A stretch of 64,000 nt of DNA from Bacillota bacterium (lineage in GTDB: Bacteria > Bacillota > Clostridia > Ch29): assembly GCA_013540605.1 (NCBI GenBank), contig JABVCK010000007.1:27231-91230 (forward strand), in the 5' to 3' direction. The position numbers and the translations under genes are program-made. Under the pieces are notes generated by a model, which had not been told where the DNA came from, ran no database searches, and worked only from the letters and a program-made list of their open reading frames with translations. Positions 56,490 through 63,433 of the stretch are shown here, piece after piece (the first letter of the stretch is position 1; every line of letters starts with the position of its first letter).

Positions 56490-56772
56490 AGTGTATACTA
56501 TTCCATTAAATTTGTAAAGCCCAATTGATAGAATTCTAATCTTTTAAAAACGCGGCTAAAAATGCAATACAAATCACCATCATCAATAAGGTAACTGTCA
56601 GTACAGTCCAATGCACTGAGGCCCTGTAAAAGACAATTCCATATACCAATGCACCGAATGGCATGCCACCCCTTGGACAGATCATAATGGGAGCGTTTTC
56701 CCACCTGTTCTATCCAATTCATGCCGCCCAGGTTGGCCGGTAGATCGCCTGCCGCTAAAATGACAGGTTCAA

Positions 56773-56825
56773 TAGCTAATATAAATTGACAAAGTAGCTA
56801 ATAATGCTTTATAATAATAGCTAAT
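56773..56825 (+). promoter_or_regulatory. Promoter with three TAGCTAAT operator repeats for Phd-Uma2 gene 1
   Basis: TTGACA (56786-56791), 18 nt, TATAAT (56810-56815). Exact TAGCTAAT copies at 56773, 56795 and 56818 (22-23 bp spacing). Confidence 0.65.
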
Positions 56826-56845
56826 ATAAGGGGTGAGGTGATATC

Positions 56846-57580
56846 ATGCGTATTAATACAACTGATTTGCAGAATGCTTTTGGAAAATATCTTTCGCTGG
56901 TAGAGAAGGAAGATATTATTATTACCAAAAACGGGAAGAGCGTCGCCAAACTCATCCGTTATAACGAACCTGATTTTTTTCTTGTTCATGAAGAATCTTT
57001 AAAATACAAATCGACCAAAAGAATCAGCTATGAAGAATATATGGCTCTGGTTGATTCCTCTGACCAAAGATATGAACTCATCGACGGTGAGGTTTATCTG
57101 CTGGCTTCACCAAGGTTTAACCATCAGGTTGTGGTGAACGAAATAGCATGGCATTTTTACAACTACTTTAGAGGAAAGCCCTGTCGGTCATTAACGGCGC
57201 CATTGGACGTGAGGCTGTTCGGTTATGCGACCAAGTTCGAAGAAGATCCCAATGTCGTCCAGCCGGATATTGTTGTGATTTGCGATCAAGACAAGGTCAA
57301 TGAGGACAACAAGTATGAGGGCATACCGACGCTGATTGTCGAAGTCTTGTCTCCATCTACCAAAGGCAAGGATATGGTTGCTAAACTAAGCCTGTACATG
57401 AAAAGCGGCGTTTCAGAATACTGGATTGTAAACCTGGAAAATAAAAGTATTCTTCAATACTCCTTTTCTCAAGAAAGGGATATAGAAGGCTTAACAAGCC
57501 TTCGGGAAGGAGATACCATAAAATCAACGGCTTTTGAGGGTCTGGAGATACCATTAAGGGATATTTTTGCTGAAATCTAG
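56846..57580 (+). CDS. Fusion protein: Phd/YefM-type antitoxin-like N-domain + Uma2 family (PD-(D/E)xK) endonuclease, paralog 1
   Basis: 244 aa. N-terminus MRINTTDLQNAFGKYLSLVEKEDIIITKNGKSVAKLI is Phd/YefM-like. C-terminus has YELIDGEVYLLASP ... VVQPDIVVICD ... LIVEVLSPSTKGKDMVAKL ... EYWIV, which are Uma2/DUF820 motifs. Confidence 0.8.
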   Translation: MRINTTDLQNAFGKYLSLVEKEDIIITKNGKSVAKLIRYNEPDFFLVHEESLKYKSTKRISYEEYMALVDSSDQRYELIDGEVYLLASPRFNHQVVVNEIAWHFYNYFRGKPCRSLTAPLDVRLFGYATKFEEDPNVVQPDIVVICDQDKVNEDNKYEGIPTLIVEVLSPSTKGKDMVAKLSLYMKSGVSEYWIVNLENKSILQYSFSQERDIEGLTSLREGDTIKSTAFEGLEIPLRDIFAEI

Positions 57581-57613
57581 CCAAACAGCAGCTCCATCAG
57601 CAGTCGCCGGGTT

Positions 57614-58381
57614 TTAAGGAAATATTGAAGACCCTGCAACTTCTAGGTCGGCAAACCAATAAGACCGGATTACATCCTGTTTTTGGTATGTCATAAAATG
57701 GTCGACATCCAAGTCTTTAAACCCATAGACCAGCACGACTTCCTGTTTGGGATCGATAATCCAATACTCCTTAACACCGGAAATCATGAAGGTATTCAGC
57801 TTATCCACCATATCTTTTGAGCGGGTGCCCGGCGACAATATCTCAACGACCAGGGCCGGCGTGCCCATGTACCGTCCTTTTTCATTGGTATTCTCATCCA
57901 CATCGCAGGCAATAATCAGATCCGGCTGCATAACATCGGGCTCCTTAAAGCCTTGTTTATGAAAATGCACATCAAAAGGAGCATAAAATACCTTGCACTG
58001 TTTGCCCTTGAGATACTCTCTTAATACAACATACAAGTTTCCGGAGATCTCCTGATGGGTTGTGCTTGGCGAACCTAACAACACGATTTCGCCATTGATG
58101 AATTCCATTCGCAAATCGCTTTTTTCATAGATCTCCATAAATTCCTCATAGGAGACCTTTTTACCGCCATACTGGTAATCCAAGGCCTTTTCTTTAATGG
58201 CGAAATAGCGGTCATAGTCCGTGATATAGGGCGCCAGCCGCACTGCTTTCTTACCGTTTTTGGTAATCACCACTTCATTATCGTCCATTACATAATCCAG
58301 ATACATGCCAAGATTGCTCTTTAGTTCTGTCGCGGTTATTGTTTTTTTGGCTTTGCCGTTGCCTCTGTCTTTATCTTTCAT
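57614..58381 (-). CDS. Fusion protein: Phd/YefM-like N-domain + Uma2 family endonuclease, paralog 2
   Basis: The ATG at 58381 lies 9 nt after GAGGTG (the ORF track starts at 58393). ITATELKSNLGMYLDYVMDDNEVVITKNGKKAVRL, then MEFINGEIVLLGSP ... VMQPDLIIACD ... LVVEILSPGTRSKDMVDKL ... EYWII. Confidence 0.8.
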   Translation of the reverse strand: MKDKDRGNGKAKKTITATELKSNLGMYLDYVMDDNEVVITKNGKKAVRLAPYITDYDRYFAIKEKALDYQYGGKKVSYEEFMEIYEKSDLRMEFINGEIVLLGSPSTTHQEISGNLYVVLREYLKGKQCKVFYAPFDVHFHKQGFKEPDVMQPDLIIACDVDENTNEKGRYMGTPALVVEILSPGTRSKDMVDKLNTFMISGVKEYWIIDPKQEVVLVYGFKDLDVDHFMTYQKQDVIRSYWFADLEVAGSSIFP

Positions 58382-58394
58382 AATTTCAATCACC

Positions 58395-58454
58395 TCGTAC
58401 GATTATTACAACACATCGTACGACTATTATAATAAATCGTACGATGTGTTGCAA
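58395..58454 (-). promoter_or_regulatory. Promoter with three TCGTACGA palindromic operators for Phd-Uma2 gene 2
   Basis: Minus strand: TTGCAA (58454-58449), 17 nt, TATAAT (58431-58426). TCGTACGA at 58395, 58416 and 58437, exactly 21 bp apart. Confidence 0.65.
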
Positions 58455-58490
58455 GCAATATTTTTTATATTCTTTGGCAAATAAAAGTTA

Positions 58491-59192
58491 TTAGTCCAAA
58501 ATATTCCTGAATTGTTCTACTATATTCTTACCTGTCTTTTTATCCTGTGGGATTGGAATATCAAATTCGTCTTCCTCATCATCATCAAAATCTCCATATT
58601 TTTCCCATACTGCATATAAAGTCCTGTAATCCTCATTTATAAGCTGCTGACGTACTTGAATTAGCAGGTTCAGCAATCCATCTTCAGCAGCAAAACTTAC
58701 GCCGTCTTCTCCATCACTTTCATCTTCCTCATTCTCGTCTTCGTAATCATCTTCATAATAACCCTCGTATTCGTCATATAAATCACCAATAAATGCCATA
58801 TCAACTCTGCAATATATGGCTACTACCACCCGGCTACCCTTGCTTTCTATGGAAATACCCAAATCATCATATCCACTGAATTCATATTTGCTTAAATTTT
58901 CTATCTGTTCTTCAGTGGTATTAAATGCAAGCGCAAAGGTCCACCAGTCATAACTCTCCCGGTACATCACATCATAATACTTCTCCATCAGCTTCTCCCA
59001 TCCGCCGGGTATGTCATATCCGTCAACGTTGTAAACAAAGCTGACTCTTCTTGATGTGGGGTCAGCCCTTCTGGAAAGGGAGGCTACCTCTGCTTTCTCT
59101 TTCTTGCCGAGCGCCTTATCTACGGCTAAGAACTCATAGGATGTAGAACTGTGGTCTGAAGCAAAGCCTTTTCTGATGCTTATTATCCTCAT
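58491..59192 (-). CDS. Hypothetical highly acidic protein
   Basis: The ATG at 59192 lies 8 nt after AGGAGG (the ORF track starts at 59216). D/E-Y-rich tracts (DLYDEYEGYYEDDYEDENEEDESDGEDG and GDFDDDEEDEFD). No family recognised. Confidence 0.6.
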   Translation of the reverse strand: MRIISIRKGFASDHSSTSYEFLAVDKALGKKEKAEVASLSRRADPTSRRVSFVYNVDGYDIPGGWEKLMEKYYDVMYRESYDWWTFALAFNTTEEQIENLSKYEFSGYDDLGISIESKGSRVVVAIYCRVDMAFIGDLYDEYEGYYEDDYEDENEEDESDGEDGVSFAAEDGLLNLLIQVRQQLINEDYRTLYAVWEKYGDFDDDEEDEFDIPIPQDKKTGKNIVEQFRNILD

Positions 59193-59218
59193 TTCAATTA
59201 CCTCCTGTAAGCTCATTC

Positions 59219-59704
59219 TTATATATTATTCATCCAAGACGGATAATTCCTATTATTATCCTCTTCAAGCCATTTCTCAATTTCCTCACGGGTTGCGTAT
59301 GGAAATCCTGCGTCAGTATAGCCTATGACATCCTGTATATCAGCTATGACATCATATCCATCTTCAGCATATTTTCTTTCATATAAAGGCTCGGGACATC
59401 CGGGGTCAGAACCGATGGCATCCTCTGCAAAGACTCTGCACCCGCCGCAGAAGGCTTTTGCCTGACATTTGCCACAGCTGCCGTTTTTAAAACTCTTTTT
59501 TTCTCTGAAGTCCCTGTATTTTTTAACTATATTGTTTCGATTCCAAATAGCTTCAAAATCCTCATTCAGCAAATTACCTGCGTAAAAAATATTCCCTACA
59601 AGCTGTGAGCAAGGATAAACAGAACCATCAGGCGCAACGGATATTATCCTCTCCCCTGCAACGCATCCTCTTATTCCTGAATATAAGGCTGTCTGCGGAT
59701 TCAA
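59219..59704 (-). pseudogene. SPASM/twitch-domain C-terminal fragment of a radical SAM enzyme (no radical SAM core)
   Basis: 161 aa ORF opening with TTG directly after an in-frame stop. GCVAGERIISVAPDGSVYPC ... CGKCQAKAFCGGC is the SPASM pattern. The CxxxCxxC core domain is absent. Confidence 0.6.
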
Positions 59705-59748
59705 TCTCCTCTTGCATCATTTACCAATAATATTCTATATTCTTTGAA

Positions 59749-59958
59749 TTAAACCCCTCCGCAGCATTTCTTATACTTTTTCCCACTTCCACATGGACAA
59801 GGGTCGTTTCTGCCTATCTTGGTCCTTGTCTGATTAACCATTTCCGTATATTGCCTAAGCGTTTTATTGAATGTTTCCGAATTAGTTATATCCAGCATGC
59901 CGCTTTTTAGCCCCTCCATAATAAATGTTTTTGCAGGACCCCAGCTGTCTGGATTATC
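59749..59958 (-). pseudogene. 3' fragment of a SEC-C-motif protein gene, cut by the IS remnant
   Basis: Own translation: ...[69 protein letters not shown]. The reading frame stays open up to the IS inverted repeat at 59959, where a TGA inside the IR closes it. Confidence 0.65.
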
Positions 59959-60598
59959 GGTTCAACAACGAATTTTGTGCTAAGTGGTAATACCCTGGTG
60001 TCAACTGGTAAATTCAAGAAATGAACTCATCGATTTTACCAGCGACTTGGAAACTTACAAATGTAAATCTCACTATATTTTATATAGTTTGGGTCAGGTG
60101 AGCTGAATACGATAATTGTTCCAGTAGTAATGGTTAGACCTAACCGCGGAATTCTTCCTTTAAGGCAAAACATTCACCGAGTTTTGGGTATTCATCGCAT
60201 ACTTTGAAAAGTCGATTCATCTCATCAGCCTCAAGGTCTTCGAAGTTCTTAAGCAATGCCCAGCGGATGCCGAATACCTTTTGTTTATCGCCTTCCTCCT
60301 CCCTGACTTTATTTTGAATGTGTTTTCTTGCATCGTCTACCTGGTCATGAAGCAGCTGTGATACATGAAACCTGTCAATAACCGGTTTAGCATTGGGAAG
60401 GGTTTCAAGCACCCCGTTACAATAACCCCTGCTCATATCCATCGCAACACCTTCTATACCATCGGTACACCTCCTTTTTGTTTTTATTGGCGTATAAAAC
60501 TATAAGGGAGGTTGCCGGATTTTTAAATACTTTTTACCAGGCATTTTCCAAGGTATTTTTTGGAGTTTTCAATGTGTCACAAACTTTAGGGATGAACC
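59959..60598 (-). mobile_element. Internally deleted ISL3-family insertion sequence remnant (about 640 bp)
   Basis: Terminal inverted repeats GGTTCAACAACGAATTTTGTGCTA (59959->) and GGTTCATCCCTAAAGTTTGTGACA (60598<-) match at 16 of the first 24 positions. They enclose an ISL3 transposase fragment. No matching 8-bp target duplication. Confidence 0.6.
60140..60442 (-). pseudogene. ISL3 family transposase fragment
   Basis: 100 aa. The pattern AMDMSRGY...PNAKPVIDRFHV...R is that of the DDE_Tnp_ISL3 central region. N- and C-terminal parts are missing. Confidence 0.75.
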
Positions 60599-60655
60599 AA
60601 TAAAAAAGATGAATCCCATGAGCGATATAAAGGTTGCAAAACCTTATTAATCCGC

Positions 60656-60714
60656 TTGACAGCACCAGCATTATTAAATACAATTAAATTAGCTAAAATA
60701 ATATATTAGCTAAT
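60656..60714 (+). promoter_or_regulatory. Promoter plus TAGCTAA(A/T) operators for Phd-Uma2 gene 3
   Basis: TTGACA (60656-60661), 17 nt, TACAAT (60679-60684). TAGCTAAA at 60690 and TAGCTAAT at 60707. Confidence 0.6.
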
Positions 60715-60729
60715 ACGGAGGTATATGCT

Positions 60730-61449
60730 ATGGAAATATCATCCACAGATGCGCAGAACAATTTCGGCCGCTATTTGAAACTGGCGCGGTTTGAAGACAT
60801 AATCGTCACTAAAAACGGAAAAAAGACGGTGGTCATTAAAGCATTTGAGGAACCCGAGAAAGGCTTTTCAACCATAGCCGAAAAAGCTGAAGGATATGAT
60901 TGGAAGAGTGAGAAGATATCCTATGAGGATTTCCTAAAGCTTTCGGAGGAAAGTGAAAATCGATATGAGTATATTGACGGGGAAGTGTACTTGCTTACCT
61001 CACCCTCCTATGATCATCAGAATATCATTATGGAAATATCCAATGTGTTTTATAACTGGTTTAAAGGGAAAAAATGCAGACCGCTGACGGCACCCTTTGA
61101 TGTAACGCTAACCAAGGATGGCAACAAGCATGTTGTTCAACCGGACATTATTGTGATTTGCGATACCGAAAACATTAATGAAAGGCGCAGATATACAGGC
61201 ATACCCACCATGCTAGTCGAAGTTCTGTCCGAGTCGACACAGCAGAAGGATATGCTGAAAAAACTTGATTTGTATTTCCATGGCGGTATAAAGGAATATT
61301 GGATCGTCAGCCCTTTGCGCAAAGAAGTCTATGCGTACTGCTTTGAAGAGCAGGACATCAAAGAGTACCGGGTGTATAAAGGGGCTGAGATAGTGCAATC
61401 TATGGCTTTTGACGGTTTGGAGATTCCCCTCGGGCAGATCTTTGCATAA
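60730..61449 (+). CDS. Fusion protein: Phd/YefM-like N-domain + Uma2 family endonuclease, paralog 3
   Basis: 239 aa. MEISSTDAQNNFGRYLKLARFEDIIVTKNGKKTVVI, then YEYIDGEVYLLTSP ... VVQPDIIVICD ... MLVEVLSESTQQKDMLKKL ... EYWIV. Confidence 0.8.
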   Translation: MEISSTDAQNNFGRYLKLARFEDIIVTKNGKKTVVIKAFEEPEKGFSTIAEKAEGYDWKSEKISYEDFLKLSEESENRYEYIDGEVYLLTSPSYDHQNIIMEISNVFYNWFKGKKCRPLTAPFDVTLTKDGNKHVVQPDIIVICDTENINERRRYTGIPTMLVEVLSESTQQKDMLKKLDLYFHGGIKEYWIVSPLRKEVYAYCFEEQDIKEYRVYKGAEIVQSMAFDGLEIPLGQIFA

Positions 61450-61483
61450 ACGATAAGACGCCCTCGGTTATGAGAAGATAGCT

Positions 61484-62536
61484 TCATTTTAGATTATATT
61501 TTTTCAAACGATAATGTAAGCGTTGTCTACTCATACCTAAGTCAGCTGCTGCTCTGGCAACGTTCCCCCTATTCCGTCTAACAGCCGCAATAATCGTCTC
61601 TCTTTCCTCCTTATTAGATAGGGACGTTCCTCCCGCTGAGGTGTGTCCCCCTTCATTATAGTGGCGCATGAACAGCTCTTCCAGTGTAGGAGGCTCCGCC
61701 GTCAGGGATTTGATCCCCAGGGGCGCCAGGGTCCGCATGACCTCCTCCATGGCGTTTGCGTCCACTGAAAAACGCCACTTTGTCCCCTGGCGGGATAGAT
61801 CATGGGCTCCGGGCAATCTGTCCAAACCTTCGGCAGAGTTGGCAGTCTCCACAGTAACAGTGGTACGGGTCAGGTGGCGCAGCTCCGCCAGGGTCCCTGA
61901 TTCCACAACCCGGCCTTGCCGGATGATGCCGATGCGGTCGCATGTAGCCTCAACTTCCGCCAGAATATGGCTGGACAGGAATACTGTCTTGCCTGACTGC
62001 TTTATTTCAGCGATATACTCCCGGAAGACCAGCTCCATCAGCGGGTCCAATCCCGATGTGGGCTCATCCAGGATGAACAGTTCGGCGTCGGAAGCGAAGG
62101 CCGCTACCAGGGCCGCCTTCTGCCGGTTGCCCTTGGAGTAGGCACGGCATTTCTTGGTGGGGTCCAGTCCAAAACGTTCCAGCAGTTCTTTGCGCCGGTC
62201 AGGGTCAACCCCCCCGTGCAATCTGCCAAGAAGGTCGATTACCTCACCGCCGGACAGATTGGGCCAAAGGGTGACATCCCCAGGCACATAGGCGATACGC
62301 CGGTGCAATGCCACCGCGTCACGCCAGGGATCGCCCCCCAGCAAAGCAACCTCTCCCGCATCCTTGCGCAGCATGCCTAACAGGATACGGATGGTAGTGG
62401 TTTTTCCTGCTCCATTGGGGCCGATAAATCCATACACCTCCCCTTTCTCCACTGTAAGATCGACACCACGTAAGGCCTGCTGCTTGCCAAAGGCCTTAGC
62501 GAGCTTCTTTATTTCGATAATATTCACGCTTAGCAC
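61484..62536 (-). CDS. ABC-2-type transporter ATP-binding protein whose ORF runs on into a Fis-type (HTH_8) DNA-binding tail; probable chimera
   Basis: Residues 1 to about 293 are a complete ABC ATPase (GPNGAGKTT, SKGNRQK, LFILDEPTSGLD, ending ..LEELFMRHY). The last 57 aa (..ERETIIAAVRRNRGNVARAAADLGMSRQRLHYRLKKYNL) look like the C-terminus of an NtrC-type activator. Confidence 0.7.
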   Translation of the reverse strand: MLSVNIIEIKKLAKAFGKQQALRGVDLTVEKGEVYGFIGPNGAGKTTTIRILLGMLRKDAGEVALLGGDPWRDAVALHRRIAYVPGDVTLWPNLSGGEVIDLLGRLHGGVDPDRRKELLERFGLDPTKKCRAYSKGNRQKAALVAAFASDAELFILDEPTSGLDPLMELVFREYIAEIKQSGKTVFLSSHILAEVEATCDRIGIIRQGRVVESGTLAELRHLTRTTVTVETANSAEGLDRLPGAHDLSRQGTKWRFSVDANAMEEVMRTLAPLGIKSLTAEPPTLEELFMRHYNEGGHTSAGGTSLSNKEERETIIAAVRRNRGNVARAAADLGMSRQRLHYRLKKYNLK

Positions 62537-62552
62537 CTCCAGTTATTATCCT

Positions 62553-63176
62553 TCACTTATAGAAGCATTTCCGGAGCATCTCGAGATAAGCATCAAATTC
62601 CGAAAGAATCCCATCGTAGTCCACTTGGCTTAATTCCAATTCCTTGACTTCCTCTAGTATCTCGTTTCCAAACCCTCCAATTGCCCAGAAGATAATCTTC
62701 ATAGCCCTTTTGACATCGACTCCGTCCTTGAATTTAGATACATCGATATTTTCAAATAATTTCTCATAACCAGTTGACAGTACATCCTTTTTTCGGCTTT
62801 CCATCTCCGCCTTGACTTCCTTAGACTCTGTGTAAACCGCAACCTTGGTGAAATCGAACAGCCAGGGATGCTTATGGTATACCTCTAGCTTCAGGAGATA
62901 AATTTGACGCAATCTTGTGAAAATGTCCCTTTCATTGGTATTGATTAACCCGTAATACTCTGTTTTAGTAATCTCCACACTGTAATCATACAGGAATAGA
63001 AAAAGGTCCTTCTTGGTGTTGAAGTAGTGAAACAAAAGTCCCTTGGAAATCCCTGCTTCCTTTACAATCTCATTGGTGGAGGCATCGTCATAGCCCTTCT
63101 GGGCAAATTCCTTTAATGCCGCATTTAAAATACGTTCTTGCTTTTCCTTTTCTAAGCTTAAGAATTTCGAAAACAT
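62553..63176 (-). CDS. TetR/AcrR family transcriptional regulator
   Basis: 207 aa. HTH segment (ILNAALKEFAQKGYDDASTNEIVKEAGISKGLLFHYF). Heads the ABC ATPase gene. Confidence 0.85.
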   Translation of the reverse strand: MFSKFLSLEKEKQERILNAALKEFAQKGYDDASTNEIVKEAGISKGLLFHYFNTKKDLFLFLYDYSVEITKTEYYGLINTNERDIFTRLRQIYLLKLEVYHKHPWLFDFTKVAVYTESKEVKAEMESRKKDVLSTGYEKLFENIDVSKFKDGVDVKRAMKIIFWAIGGFGNEILEEVKELELSQVDYDGILSEFDAYLEMLRKCFYK

Positions 63177-63218
63177 GATGCTTACCTTCTTTCTTCATTA
63201 ATGTTCCCGATTAACTTT

Positions 63219-63268
63219 TTGACCATAATGGTCAATAATATTGTAATATTTTTGACCGTTATGGTCAA
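63219..63268 (-). promoter_or_regulatory. Two 17-bp palindromic operators overlapping the TetR gene promoter
   Basis: TTGACCATAATGGTCAA (63219-63235) and TTGACCGTTATGGTCAA (63252-63268). On the minus strand the second supplies a TTGACC -35, followed after 17 nt by TACAAT. Confidence 0.65.
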
Positions 63269-63289
63269 ATAATTTTTATAATTATTTAA

Positions 63290-63336
63290 AAAATAAAGTA
63301 AAATAGAGCGGAGTCCTGTGCAACTCCACTCTATTT
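63290..63336 (-). terminator. Rho-independent terminator of the aminotransferase-like gene
   Basis: AAATAGAGCGGAGT(cctgtgca)ACTCCACTCTATTT. On the minus strand it is followed by a long T-rich run. Confidence 0.7.
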
Positions 63337-63433
63337 TATAATTTTCTATTTAGCCCATGCATATACAAAACAGTGATGCATTTGCGGATTATTCTTCTTT
63401 CCTCAGCAAGCCATAGAGGAACAGCCTGAATGT

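Noticed and set aside
56498-56722. A 74-aa minus-strand ORF between the TetR gene and Phd-Uma2 paralog 1.
   Set aside because: It has no RBS and no recognisable family. The extended frame (..ILAAGDLPANLGGMNWIEQ..) may be a relic of a lost gene, but I cannot support any call.
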